Notes under the pieces: model-generated | Seen by the model: only the letters and a program-made list of their open reading frames with translations | Told to the model about the DNA's origin: nothing | The model's database searches: none | Program-made: the position numbers and the translations under genes | Source: Sandaracinaceae bacterium | GTDB lineage: Bacteria; Myxococcota_A; Polyangia; Polyangiales; Sandaracinaceae | Assembly: GCA_044220955.1 (NCBI GenBank) | Contig: JBGAQA010000029.1 | Span: 1 to 64,000 of the forward strand | Direction of reading: 5' to 3' | Length of the DNA: 64,000 bases | In this document: positions 11,525 to 21,644 of the stretch, piece after piece | Layout: each line of letters begins with the position of its first letter | How positions within the stretch are numbered: position 1 is the stretch's first letter

Positions 11525-11890
11525 ATGGCACGTATCGCTGGCGTGGATCTCCCGGGACGAAAGCACCTCGTCATCGGCCTCCAGTACATCTACGGAATCG
11601 GACCCGCGAGCGCGAAGGCGATCTGCGAGTCGACGGGCATCGCGCCGAGCAAGCGCTGCGACGACCTCGACGACACGGACGTGAAGAAGATCCGTGACGC
11701 GCTCGAGTCGACGTACAAGGTCGAGGGCGACCTTCGTCGCGATCTCGCGATCAGCATCAAGCGCCTGATGGACCTCGGCTGCTACCGCGGCCTGCGTCAC
11801 CGACGCGGCCTGCCTGTCCGCGGCCAGCGCACCCACACGAACGCGCGCACGCGCAAGGGCCCGCGCCGCGGCGCGACCGTCCGCCGGTAG
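11525..11890 (+). CDS. rpsM: 30S ribosomal protein S13
   Basis: [32 protein letters not shown]. Confidence 0.99.
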   Translation: MARIAGVDLPGRKHLVIGLQYIYGIGPASAKAICESTGIAPSKRCDDLDDTDVKKIRDALESTYKVEGDLRRDLAISIKRLMDLGCYRGLRHRRGLPVRGQRTHTNARTRKGPRRGATVRR

Positions 11891-11929
11891 TCCCTCACGA
11901 TTTCGACTCGCTAGGAGCTCGCGAAGAAG

Positions 11930-12358
11930 ATGTCCAAGGCCGCAACGAATCCGCCCCCCTCTGGCGCCACCGGTGGCAAGCCGCAGAAGGCGAAGAAGAA
12001 GGTCAAGAAGAACGTCGGCAGTGGCATCGCCCACGTGCAGTCGTCCTTCAACAACACGATCGTCACGATCACGGACCTGATGGGGAACGTGATCGCCTGG
12101 TCGAGCGCCGGCTCGCGCGGCTTCAAGGGCTCGCGCAAGAGCACGCCCTTCGCGGCGCAGCTCGCGGCCGAGGACGCTGCGCGCAAGGCGCAGGAGCACG
12201 GCATGACGACCGTCGCGATCTTCGTGAAGGGCCCCGGCGCCGGTCGCGAGTCGGCGCTGCGCGCGTTCCAGACGGCCGGGATGCGCGTCACGCTCATCCG
12301 CGACGTCACCCCGATCCCGCACAACGGCTGCCGTCCCCCGAAGCGCCGCCGCGTTTGA
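11930..12358 (+). CDS. rpsK: 30S ribosomal protein S11
   Basis: [36 protein letters not shown]. Confidence 0.99.
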   Translation: MSKAATNPPPSGATGGKPQKAKKKVKKNVGSGIAHVQSSFNNTIVTITDLMGNVIAWSSAGSRGFKGSRKSTPFAAQLAAEDAARKAQEHGMTTVAIFVKGPGAGRESALRAFQTAGMRVTLIRDVTPIPHNGCRPPKRRRV

Positions 12359-12375
12359 ACTAGAGAGACACAGCC

Positions 12376-13002
12376 ATGGCACGTTACACCGGACCGTCCT
12401 GCAAGCTCTGCCGCCGCGAGGGAGAGAAGCTCTTCCTCAAGGGCGATCGCTGCTACACCGACAAGTGCGCGTTCGACCGCCGCCCCTATCCGCCGGGTCA
12501 GCATGGACAGCGCCGCACCAAGGTGACCGAGTACGGCATCCGCCTTCGTGAGAAGCAGAAGGTCCGTCGTATCTACGGCGTCCTCGAGCGCCAGTTCCGC
12601 AAGTACTTCGCCGAGGCCGATCGCATCAAGGGCGTCACGGGCGAGAACCTGCTCATGCTGCTCGAGCGCCGCCTCGACAGCGCTTGCTACCGTCTCGGTT
12701 TCGCGGCCACGCGCTCGGACGCTCGCCAGCTCGTGCGTCACCGCCACGTGAAGGTGAACGGCAAGGTCGTCAGCATTCCGAGCTTCTGCGTGAAGCCGGG
12801 CGACAAGGTCTCGATCCACGAGCGCAGCCGCGAGACTGGCCGCGTCAAGACCGCCCTCGAGGGCGTCGAGCGCCGCGGCGTCCCCGAGTGGCTCGAGCTC
12901 GACAAGAACGAGTTCACCGGCACCGTGAAGGGCATGCCGATCCGCGAGGCGATCACGCTCCCGATCAAGGAGCAGTTCATCGTCGAGTTCTACAGCCGCT
13001 AG
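12376..13002 (+). CDS. rpsD: 30S ribosomal protein S4 (Cys-containing type)
   Basis: [39 protein letters not shown]. Confidence 0.99.
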   Translation: MARYTGPSCKLCRREGEKLFLKGDRCYTDKCAFDRRPYPPGQHGQRRTKVTEYGIRLREKQKVRRIYGVLERQFRKYFAEADRIKGVTGENLLMLLERRLDSACYRLGFAATRSDARQLVRHRHVKVNGKVVSIPSFCVKPGDKVSIHERSRETGRVKTALEGVERRGVPEWLELDKNEFTGTVKGMPIREAITLPIKEQFIVEFYSR

Positions 13003-13108
13003 TTCCTGATTCGTACGACGCCACGGGTGGTCCGTGGCGATCTCGGGCGCGCTCGAGAGGGCACGCAGGCAAGACGGTCATATTACCGTTCTGGAGATGG
13101 AGAGAGAC

Positions 13109-14122
13109 ATGACGACGTTCGTTGCGCGCAACTGGCGAGACCTCATCAAGCCCAAGACCGTTCCGGTCGAGGACGGCTCGTCGCACTACGCGAAGTTCGT
13201 CTGCGAGCCGCTCGAGCGCGGGTTCGGCATCACGCTCGGCAATGCCCTTCGTCGCGTGCTCCTCAGCTCGCTCCAGGGCGCGGCCATCACCGCCGTGAAG
13301 ATCGACGGCGCGCTCCACGAGTTCACCTCCGTCCCCGACGTCGTCGAGGACGTGACCGACATCGTGCTGAACCTCAAGGAGGTCGTCGTCCGCGCGCACT
13401 CGCCGAAGACGCACGTCGTCCGGATCGACAAGGAAGGCCCCTGCGAGGTCATGGCCGGTGACATCCAGGTCTCCGACCAGATCGAGGTGCTCAACCCGAA
13501 GCACGTCATCTGCACCGTCAGCAAGGGCGGACGCTTCTCGGCGGAGCTGACGATCAACGTCGGCCGCGGCTACGTCCCGGCGGATCGCAACAAGACGCCC
13601 GGCATGGCGATCGGCACCGTCGCGATCGACGCGCTGTTCTCGCCGATCAAGAAGGTCAACTACACGGTCACCAACGCCCGCGTCGGCCAGATCACCGACT
13701 ACGACAAGCTCACCCTCGAGGTGTGGACGAACGGGTCGGTGAAGCCGCAGGACGCGGTCGCGTACGCGGCGAAGATCCTCAAGGACCAGCTCTCCATCTT
13801 CATCAACTTCGAAGAGGAGGAAGAGGCGAGCGCCGCGGACTCGAACGAGGACGAGCCGCTGAACGAGAACCTCTTCCGTTCGGTCGAGGAGCTCGAGCTC
13901 TCGGTCCGCTCGGCGAACTGCCTGCAGAACGCGAACATCCACCTCATCGGCGAGCTGGTCCAGAAGACCGAAGCGGAGATGCTGAAGACGAAGAACTTCG
14001 GCCGCAAGTCGCTGAAGGAGATCAAGGAGATCCTCGCGGACATGGGTCTCTCGCTCGGCATGAAGATCGATTCGTGGCCGGCGATGGTCGAGCGCTGGAA
14101 GGCGCAGCAGGCGCAGGCGTAG
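13109..14122 (+). CDS. rpoA: RNA polymerase alpha subunit
   Basis: [47 protein letters not shown]. Confidence 0.99.
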   Translation: MTTFVARNWRDLIKPKTVPVEDGSSHYAKFVCEPLERGFGITLGNALRRVLLSSLQGAAITAVKIDGALHEFTSVPDVVEDVTDIVLNLKEVVVRAHSPKTHVVRIDKEGPCEVMAGDIQVSDQIEVLNPKHVICTVSKGGRFSAELTINVGRGYVPADRNKTPGMAIGTVAIDALFSPIKKVNYTVTNARVGQITDYDKLTLEVWTNGSVKPQDAVAYAAKILKDQLSIFINFEEEEEASAADSNEDEPLNENLFRSVEELELSVRSANCLQNANIHLIGELVQKTEAEMLKTKNFGRKSLKEIKEILADMGLSLGMKIDSWPAMVERWKAQQAQA

Positions 14123-14174
14123 ACAACGCCTATAGCGAATTGGCTATAGGCCTGGTCCAGAAGAAGAGTCAGTC

Positions 14175-14660
14175 ATGCATCACCACAAAGCAGGCCGTAA
14201 GTTCGGGCGCAACACGTCGCACCGCCGCGCGATGTTCCGCAACCTCGCGGCGAACCTCGTGCTTCACGAGCGCGTCGAGACGACGGACGCGAAGGCGAAG
14301 GAGATCCGCAGCATCGTGGAGCGTCTGATCACGCGCGCCACGCGGCTGGGCGACGACCTCACGGCCGACATCGGCAAGCTCAAGGAGGGCGAGGGCGAGA
14401 AGGTCCTCGCGCGCCGCGTGCACGCGCAGCGCATCGTCGCGAGCTTCTTGCCGCGTCACGGCACGAAGACGAACTCGGATGGGACGACCGAGGAGGTCGA
14501 TCTCGTCCACAAGCTCTTCCACGACATCGCGCCGCGTTTCATGGCGCGCGTGAAGGAGAACAAGGGCGGCGGCTACACGCGCATCGTGAAGCTCAACCCG
14601 CGCCGCGGCGACAACTCGCCGATGGCGATCGTCGAGATCCTGCCCGCCAGCGAGAGCTGA
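14175..14660 (+). CDS. rplQ: 50S ribosomal protein L17
   Basis: GRKFGRNTSHRRAMFRNL, ETTDAKAKE, GGYTRIVK, RRGDNSPMAIVE. Confidence 0.98.
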   Translation: MHHHKAGRKFGRNTSHRRAMFRNLAANLVLHERVETTDAKAKEIRSIVERLITRATRLGDDLTADIGKLKEGEGEKVLARRVHAQRIVASFLPRHGTKTNSDGTTEEVDLVHKLFHDIAPRFMARVKENKGGGYTRIVKLNPRRGDNSPMAIVEILPASES

Positions 14661-14680
14661 GCGAGCTGCGAGCGTTCGCG

Positions 14681-14720
14681 CGAGCCCTTCCCGTCCGCGG
14701 GGAGGGCTCGTTCGCGTTCT
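14681..14720 (+). terminator. Putative intrinsic terminator of the r-protein cluster (between convergent genes)
   Basis: CGAGCCCTTCCC...GGGGAGGGCTCG stem followed by ttcgcgttct. Confidence 0.55.
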
Positions 14721-14790
14721 GGCCGCGCGCTCGCGCGTCTTGGTCCGGCTCCGCGCGCGTAGTCGAGGGGCGGCGCGTACGGGAGATCGG

Positions 14791-16455
14791 TCAGCTCTCC
14801 CAGATCACCTTCTTCTTGGCATCGAACCAGCCGTCGAGCTTCGCGGCCGCGTGGGCCTCGAGCTTCGCGCGCTTCAGCTTCATCGTGGGCGTCAGGAACC
14901 CGTTCTCGATCGTCCACGGCTCCTTCGCGATCACCACGAACTGCATCTGCTCGTAGCTCGAGAGCCCGGCGTTCGTCTTGTCGAGCAGCTCGGCGAGCGA
15001 CTTCTCCACCTCCGCCTTCTTGGCGTCGTCCAGAGACTTCCGTGTCTCCTCGCTCAGCACGACGTAGGCGAACGCCGCTGGCTGTCCGACGCCCGAGACG
15101 CACGAGAGCTCGACGAAAGGACACTCGTTCAGCTTGTTCTCGATCGGCGCGGGCGCGACGTACTTGCCCTTCGCCGTCTTGAAGAGCTCCTTCACGCGGC
15201 CCGTGATCTTGAGGAGGCCCTCCGGCGTGCGCTCGCCGCGATCCCCGGTCTTGAAGTAGCCGTCGTCCGTGAAGGCCTCCTTCGTGAGGTCGGGCTGCTT
15301 GAAGTAGCCGGTCATCGTGCCGGGGCTCTTGATCAGGATCTCGCCGTCGTCGCTGATCTTCACGAGCACGCCTTCGTGCGGAACACCGACGTAGCCGGGC
15401 TTCGAGAGGCCGGGCTTGCTCATGTGCGAGTACGCGAAGTCCTCGGTCATCGCGTAACCCTCCATGAGGTTGAGGCCCAGGCGCCGGTACCACGCGATGA
15501 GCTCGGCCGGGATGGGCGCCGAGCCCGAGCCCGCGAGACGCACGTGCTCGAGCCCCAGGTTCGTGAGCACCTTCTTGCCGATGAACCCCCTCACGATGGG
15601 GATCGAGAGCAGCAAGCTCAGCCGGTCGGGCGGCATCTTCGCGAACACCCCGTGCTGGAACTTCAGCCAGAGGCGCGGCACCGAGAGGAAGATCGTCGGC
15701 CGCGCGCGATTGAGATCCTTGACGAACGTATCGAGGCTCTCGGCGAAGAAGACGCGCATGCCGGACACGAACGACGCCGACTCGATGTACGCACGCTCGA
15801 ACACGTGCGCGAGCGGCAGGTACGAGAGCGCGCGGTCCTGATCGGTCGCCTCCACGCCGCGCACGATGCCCTCCGCAGCGTCCGACAGGTGCGCGAAGTC
15901 GTGCATGACGCCCTTGGGCTTGCCGGTCGAGCCCGACGTGTAGATGAGCATCGCGAGGTCGGCGCCGTCGCGCACGGGCTTGCCGGCGATCGGCTCCGCC
16001 TTCGCGACGAGATCCTCCCAGCGCGGGGTGACGTCCGGCGGGCCCATCGGCATCGCGAGCTTCGCGACGCCGTCGGGGACGCCTTTCTCCTGGTCCTTCC
16101 AGGTGTCGAGCTTGCCGACCAGCACGACCTTGGCCTCGCTGTGCTCGAGCACGTATCGAATCGTCTCGGCGCTCTCGGTCGGGAAGATCGCGACGGTCGT
16201 GAACCCGCCCATCCAGATCGCCAGCTCGGCGATGAAGAAGTGCGCCGTGTTCTTGGTGAGCATGGCGACGCGGTCGCCCTGGCTCAGGCCCATCGACCGC
16301 AGGTGCGTCGCCATGCGTCGCGCCTCGTCGACCGCTTGGCCCCACGTGAAGTCCTTCACCTGCCCACCGCCGAGTGGCTGGGTGAGCCAGACGCGATCGC
16401 GCCAGGCGGCTTCGTGGTCGTAGATGTGCTCGAGGATCTGCTTCTTGGCTGCCAT
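14791..16455 (-). CDS. AMP-binding long-chain acyl-CoA synthetase
   Basis: YTSGSTGKPKG, YLPLAHVFER, EGYAMTE, FKTGD, TPTMKLKR. Confidence 0.92.
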   Translation of the reverse strand: MAAKKQILEHIYDHEAAWRDRVWLTQPLGGGQVKDFTWGQAVDEARRMATHLRSMGLSQGDRVAMLTKNTAHFFIAELAIWMGGFTTVAIFPTESAETIRYVLEHSEAKVVLVGKLDTWKDQEKGVPDGVAKLAMPMGPPDVTPRWEDLVAKAEPIAGKPVRDGADLAMLIYTSGSTGKPKGVMHDFAHLSDAAEGIVRGVEATDQDRALSYLPLAHVFERAYIESASFVSGMRVFFAESLDTFVKDLNRARPTIFLSVPRLWLKFQHGVFAKMPPDRLSLLLSIPIVRGFIGKKVLTNLGLEHVRLAGSGSAPIPAELIAWYRRLGLNLMEGYAMTEDFAYSHMSKPGLSKPGYVGVPHEGVLVKISDDGEILIKSPGTMTGYFKQPDLTKEAFTDDGYFKTGDRGERTPEGLLKITGRVKELFKTAKGKYVAPAPIENKLNECPFVELSCVSGVGQPAAFAYVVLSEETRKSLDDAKKAEVEKSLAELLDKTNAGLSSYEQMQFVVIAKEPWTIENGFLTPTMKLKRAKLEAHAAAKLDGWFDAKKKVIWES

Positions 16456-16560
16456 CGAGCGCCGAGCACACCCGAGATTTCGCGCGCTGGCAAGCGTGGC
16501 GTGCTCTCGCGCGCGAGCGCGGATGGGAGCGGGCTGATGTTCGCTCGTCCGCGTTCCGCC

Positions 16561-19500
16561 TCACGGCGCACGGCGCCCGAGGACCAGGCCCTCGAGCCGC
16601 ACCCCGCCCCGCGCCTCGGCCTGAGCCAGGAGCGTCGCCGGCTCCACGTCGGTCATCGCCAGCCGGAGGTCGAGCTGCAGCACCGAGCGACCGTCGTGGT
16701 AGAGCAGGTGCGAGCCGTCGGACGCGAGCATCGCGGAGAGCGGAGCGCTGGCGGTCCGGACGATCCGCAGCGGTGTCAGGTCGGTCGGTGACAGGATCTG
16801 GACGCTCGGATCGTCCGCCACGCTGACGATCGAGCGACCGTCTGCCGACCAGACGACGCCGTTCACGTAGCGATCGTGCGCCTGGGCGGACACCACGACG
16901 TGTCCGTCGTGTGGGTCGACGATCCGCACGCGCCCGGTCTGGTCACCCACGAGGAGCCGATCGCCACGTGGCGAGAACGTGAGGGCCGAGACCGGCTGGT
17001 CGTCGCCGACCATCGCGTGCTCGGTCGTGATGCCCGCCAGCGCGATGACACGCACGGACCCGTCGTGCCCGCCGACGGCGAGGCGGGTCCCGTCGCTCGA
17101 GACGGCGAGGGACTGCACCGTCGTCTCGGGGATCGGGATGGGCGTGTCCTCGGCGTGCGCGGCGCGCGACCATCGGAGCACGCTCGAAGCCGTGGGTGCG
17201 CCAGCGTAGATGGTCTCGCCGTCGGGGGAGACGGCCAGCCCGCGAAGGCCGATCGACACCGAGTAGTCCTGCACCGCCGGTCGCAGGGTCGTCGGCGCGT
17301 AGTCGGGCGCCTCCGCGATCAACAGGCCGCCGCGCAAGGTGAGGAGCACGATCGCCCCGTCGGCGGCGACGCGGCAGTGCTCGACGATTCCCACGCCCGG
17401 CGGGAGCGTCGCGAGCTGGGTGGCCGCGCCGAGGTGTCCGCTCGGGAGCAGCGGGATCGACCAGATCGCGGAGAGCGAGGCGGCGATCAAGCGGTGGCGC
17501 GGCGCGTCGATCTGCAGGTCGCGCACGCCCGCGCTGAGGCCGACGGCGTCGCGCGCGCCGCCGCCGACCGCGCGCATGATCGTGGCGTCGCCGAGGCTCG
17601 TGCGCGACTCGCTGGGGAAGAACACGAGGCGCGACCCCGCGATCTCGACGCGCCCGCCGTTCGCGTCGGGGAAGTGGACGACGTCGAGCGTACGACCGTC
17701 CGCCGCGTCCCGGATGGTCACGTGGTCTCCGTTCTCGTAGAGGGCCAGCGAGCCGGACTCGTCCCAGGCCATCGCGGTCGGCCAGGTGCGCGTCATCAGC
17801 TCGCGGACTCGAGGCGAGGCGTCGGGCGTCTCGGGGCGGAAGACGAGCGTGGCCACGAAATCGCTCGCGAGCACGGCGAGCCGATCTCCGCGCGGCGCGA
17901 ACGCGGTCACGTAGGGCAGCGCACGCAGGGGCACGTGGCGAGCCTCGCCCGCGAGCGGCCAGGACCAGAGCTCGAGCTCCGGGACGTCGGTCGAGACCAC
18001 CGCGATGCGGTCGCCCGCCGGGGACATCGTCCCGCGCAGCTGGCCGCGGTACGCGCTGGTCCAGCGCGCCACCTCGGTCATCCCGTCCGCAGTGAGCACG
18101 AGGATCGTCCCATCCGCGCTGGTCACCAGGATGGTGTCGCGCGTCGTCTGCGCGCTCATCGGGTCGGGCGTCTCGAACAGACGGTGTCCGTCCGAGAGGT
18201 CGTAGACGCCGGGCGCGCTGCTGGAGATCACGGCGACCCCGTTCGCTCCGAGCGCTCGAACGCGGCGCGCCTGGAGCTCGAGGCGCCGCTCGGTCCCGGC
18301 GTCGAGGTCGACGATTCGCATCGCCGTCTCGGTCGGGATGGCGATGGTGCGGCCATCGGCGGAGACGGCGCTTCGCAGGTGCGCTCCCGGGACCGTGCGC
18401 TCGAACTCGAAGCGTCGGCGGGCCTCGGCCTCGAGGTAGAGCGAGAGCGCGCGGACGTGGCGTGACGGCGGTGCGTGCATGGCGGCGCTGGAGTCGCGTA
18501 CGAGGACCCCCGCGGCGAACACAGCCGCGCCGGCGGCATCGCCCTCGAAGAGCGCGCGCTCCGCCCGCTCGAGCAGGGCGTCGGCGACGGCGCTCTCCGC
18601 CGCATGCATGCTGTCCTCGGCCGAGCTCCGCTCGCGCATCGCCTCGTCCCGGGCGCTCTCGGCGATCGCTCGGGCGTGCGCCTCGTCCAGCAGGCTCTGA
18701 TAGACGAGCACCGATGCGACGATGATCGAGAGGGCCACCGCGAGCACCGCTCCCGACGCGGCTCGGTGCTTCCGGACGAAGCGCATCGCGAGCTCGTACG
18801 CGGAGTACTCGTACGCGCCGACGGTGCGCCCGTCGAGATACGCCCCGATCTCCTTGGCCACCTCGCCGGCGTTCGGGTAGCGCGACGAGGCATCGCGCAT
18901 GAGCGCGCGGTCGACGATGGCGGCGAGCTCGGCCGGCGCGTCCGGCGCTGCCTCGAGCACGCGCGGCGGCGGCGCGTCGAGCACCTTGGCGAGCACGTCG
19001 AGGGCGCTCGAGCCGACGTAGGGAGGCCGGCCGGCGAGGATCTCGAAGAGGATGGTCCCGAGGCCCCACACGTCGGCGCGCTCGTCGATCGACCCGAGCT
19101 CGCCACGCGCCTGCTCCGGGCTCATGTAGGCCGGCGTGCCGATGGCGTGCCCGTCGAGCGTCCGTGCCAGGTCGTCGACGGCGCTCGGGCGGCCGCTCTG
19201 ACCCGAGATGCGATCGCTGGCGATCTCCGCCTCTCCCCGCACCTTCGCGAGGCCCCAGTCGACGACCAGCGTGTCGCCGAACTCGCCGACCATCACGTTG
19301 TCCGGTTTCAGGTCGCGGTGCACGACGCCCTTGCTGTGCGCGTAGGCCACGGCCTCGCAGACGTGCCGGAAGACGCCGAGCAGCGTGAGCCTCTCGGCCA
19401 GCGTGGTCTTCTCCTTGAGCACGCTGGCGAGGGAGCGGCCGCGGATCCGCTTCATCGTGTAGTAGATCGTCCCGTCGGCGCGCTGGCCGAGCTCGTGGAC

Positions 19501-19953
19501 GGGGACGATCCCGGGATGCTCGAGCTGGCCGGTGATCCGCGCCTCGCGCAGGAAGCGAGCCGCCGAGCCGATGCTCATCGCGTCCTGCCCCGGCGGGCTC
19601 TGGTCGAGGAGCTCCTTCAGCGCGACCTCGCGACCGAGGTGCGTGTCCTTCACCACGACGACGCGGCCCATGCCGCCCCGCCCGAGCTCGTCTTGCCGGA
19701 CGTAGCGTCCGGGGTGCTCGCTGGTCAGCGCCATGTGCGCGCGGCCCTGGCGCGCCGAGGCGACCTCGGGCGTCATCGTCGGCGCGAGCGCCGGATCGGT
19801 GGCCCTCGGGCCCGCGCTCGGGCGCCCGTCGTTCTCGGCGACGTAGGTCCGCGGGATGGGGGCCGCTGCGGCCGGGGAGGCGGCGATCTCGCCGCTCCCC
19901 AGCGTCTTGGCGAGCGCCGGGTCTGCACCGGGTTCCCGCTCGTTCGCGGCCAC
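16561..19953 (-). CDS. Ser/Thr protein kinase with one hydrophobic segment and C-terminal WD40/beta-propeller repeats
   Basis: LGRGGMG, VALKE, HRDLKPDN, DWG, GTPAYMSPEQ; repeats such as LAVSSDGTRLAVGGHDGSVR. Confidence 0.92.
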   Translation of the reverse strand: MAANEREPGADPALAKTLGSGEIAASPAAAAPIPRTYVAENDGRPSAGPRATDPALAPTMTPEVASARQGRAHMALTSEHPGRYVRQDELGRGGMGRVVVVKDTHLGREVALKELLDQSPPGQDAMSIGSAARFLREARITGQLEHPGIVPVHELGQRADGTIYYTMKRIRGRSLASVLKEKTTLAERLTLLGVFRHVCEAVAYAHSKGVVHRDLKPDNVMVGEFGDTLVVDWGLAKVRGEAEIASDRISGQSGRPSAVDDLARTLDGHAIGTPAYMSPEQARGELGSIDERADVWGLGTILFEILAGRPPYVGSSALDVLAKVLDAPPPRVLEAAPDAPAELAAIVDRALMRDASSRYPNAGEVAKEIGAYLDGRTVGAYEYSAYELAMRFVRKHRAASGAVLAVALSIIVASVLVYQSLLDEAHARAIAESARDEAMRERSSAEDSMHAAESAVADALLERAERALFEGDAAGAAVFAAGVLVRDSSAAMHAPPSRHVRALSLYLEAEARRRFEFERTVPGAHLRSAVSADGRTIAIPTETAMRIVDLDAGTERRLELQARRVRALGANGVAVISSSAPGVYDLSDGHRLFETPDPMSAQTTRDTILVTSADGTILVLTADGMTEVARWTSAYRGQLRGTMSPAGDRIAVVSTDVPELELWSWPLAGEARHVPLRALPYVTAFAPRGDRLAVLASDFVATLVFRPETPDASPRVRELMTRTWPTAMAWDESGSLALYENGDHVTIRDAADGRTLDVVHFPDANGGRVEIAGSRLVFFPSESRTSLGDATIMRAVGGGARDAVGLSAGVRDLQIDAPRHRLIAASLSAIWSIPLLPSGHLGAATQLATLPPGVGIVEHCRVAADGAIVLLTLRGGLLIAEAPDYAPTTLRPAVQDYSVSIGLRGLAVSPDGETIYAGAPTASSVLRWSRAAHAEDTPIPIPETTVQSLAVSSDGTRLAVGGHDGSVRVIALAGITTEHAMVGDDQPVSALTFSPRGDRLLVGDQTGRVRIVDPHDGHVVVSAQAHDRYVNGVVWSADGRSIVSVADDPSVQILSPTDLTPLRIVRTASAPLSAMLASDGSHLLYHDGRSVLQLDLRLAMTDVEPATLLAQAEARGGVRLEGLVLGRRAP

Positions 19954-19960
19954 CGTGCGC

Positions 19961-21502
19961 CTACTTCGCCGCGCTGATCTTGAGCTCGCGCTTCAGGATC
20001 TTCCCCGTCGCCGTCTTGGGGAGCGAAGGCATGAAGTCGACGATGCGCGGGTACTTGTAGGCCGCGAGGCGCTCCTTGCAGTACGCGATGATCTCGTCCG
20101 CCGTGACGCTCTGGCCGGGCTTGAGGGCGAGGACGGCGCGCACCTCCTCGCCATGGCTCTCGTGCGGCACGCCGAGCACGGCCGCCTCGGCCACAGCCGG
20201 GTGCGCGTAGAGGACCTCCTCGATCTCGCGCGGGTACACGTTGAACCCGCCGCGGATGATCATGTCCTTCTTCCGATCGACGATGAAGTAGTAGCCCTCC
20301 TCGTCGCGGTGGGCGACGTCGCCGCTCGTGAACCAGCCGTCCTTGATGGACTCGGCGTTCGCCTCGGGCTTCTTGTAGTAGCCCTTCATGATGTTGTGGC
20401 CGCGGATGCAGATCTCGCCGGGGATTCCGGCGCCGTCGATCGTGCGGCCCTGCTCGTCGGTGAGCTTGAACTCGATCCCCCAGATCGGCCGGCCGATGGA
20501 CCCCGGCTTCTTGGGTGCGTCGAGCGTGTTGAAGCTCGCCACCGGCGAGGTCTCGCTCAGTCCGTAGCCCTCGATGATGTTCACGCCGTACTTATTGTCG
20601 AATGCGGTCATCACCTCGACGGGCATCGCCGCTCCGCCGCTCGCGCAGTAGCGCAGCGCCGAGAGATCGAAGCGCTCCGCGTTCGGGAAGTGCAGGAGGG
20701 CGAAGTACATCGTGGGCACGCCCGCGAAGATGGTCACCTTGTGCTTCTGCATCAGCGCGAACGCGCTCTCCGGGTCGAAGCGGGGCAGGAGCACGAGCGT
20801 GCCGCCGGCGCCGAGCAAGGCGTTCTGTAGGACGGTCTGGCCGAACGAATGGAAGAGGGGCAGCGTGACGAGCGCCGAGTCCTCGGGCTTCATCGGCATC
20901 AGCGACGTGCGGACGAAGTAGCTGTTGAAGAAGAGGTTGAAGTGCGTGAGCTCGGCGCCCTTCGGTCGCCCCGTCGTCCCGGACGTGTAGAGGATCACGG
21001 CGGTGTCGTCGGCCGAGGTGGCGGGGACCTCCTCGACCGGCGTGGCAGTCGCGACCAGCGCCGTGAAGTTGAGCGCGCCCTCGGGCGCGCTCACGTCGCT
21101 GCGATCGGCCTTGCAGACGATCAGGTGCTTGCAGCTCTCGACGCGGCCGAAGGCCGCCTGCGCGGGCGCGAGGAATCCCTCCCACACCACGAGGGCGACG
21201 GCATCCGAGTCCATGAGGTGGTAGGCGACCTCGTCGGCCGTGAGGAGCACGTTCAGCGGCACGATCGGCGTCGCCGCGTAGTGGCCGCCGAAGTACGCGA
21301 TCGTGAATTGCGGCACGTTCGGCAGCATCAAGGCGACGTGCTGGCCCGGCCTGACACCGAGGCTCTTCAGCGCACCGGCGAAGCGCCGAGCGAAGCCGTC
21401 GATCACGGCGTACGGCAGCGCTGCTTCGCCGACGACGATGGCGTTGCGTTCGGGAAATCGCTTCGCGCTCTCTCGAAGGATCGTCGCGAGATTCAGGCTC
21501 AT
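19961..21502 (-). CDS. Long-chain-fatty-acid--CoA ligase (FadD-like)
   Basis: YTSGTTGRPKG, EGYGLSE, DRKKDMIIRGGFNVYPREIEE, LPKTATGKI. Confidence 0.93.
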   Translation of the reverse strand: MSLNLATILRESAKRFPERNAIVVGEAALPYAVIDGFARRFAGALKSLGVRPGQHVALMLPNVPQFTIAYFGGHYAATPIVPLNVLLTADEVAYHLMDSDAVALVVWEGFLAPAQAAFGRVESCKHLIVCKADRSDVSAPEGALNFTALVATATPVEEVPATSADDTAVILYTSGTTGRPKGAELTHFNLFFNSYFVRTSLMPMKPEDSALVTLPLFHSFGQTVLQNALLGAGGTLVLLPRFDPESAFALMQKHKVTIFAGVPTMYFALLHFPNAERFDLSALRYCASGGAAMPVEVMTAFDNKYGVNIIEGYGLSETSPVASFNTLDAPKKPGSIGRPIWGIEFKLTDEQGRTIDGAGIPGEICIRGHNIMKGYYKKPEANAESIKDGWFTSGDVAHRDEEGYYFIVDRKKDMIIRGGFNVYPREIEEVLYAHPAVAEAAVLGVPHESHGEEVRAVLALKPGQSVTADEIIAYCKERLAAYKYPRIVDFMPSLPKTATGKILKRELKISAAK

Positions 21503-21644
21503 CGTGGGGCCCCCTACGTAGGAGACGCGATGATAGGCGCGGGGGTGGTCGGTCGGGAAGACCTACGAGGGCCGCCCCGGGACGTTCGCGCCGCGGCGTG
21601 CCGGCCCTCGGTCGCGCGCTCGACGCCCGCCACGAAGGGAGCGC

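Noticed and set aside
13003..13108. Extended RpoA N-terminus from GTG 13034 or an RNA element in the rpsD-rpoA spacer
   Set aside because: ATG 13109 has a purine-rich RBS and typical N-terminus; only a 5-bp stem is visible in the spacer
19250..19265. DWG instead of DFG as a sign of a pseudokinase
   Set aside because: Known variant in bacterial Hanks kinases; VALK and HRDLKPDN are intact
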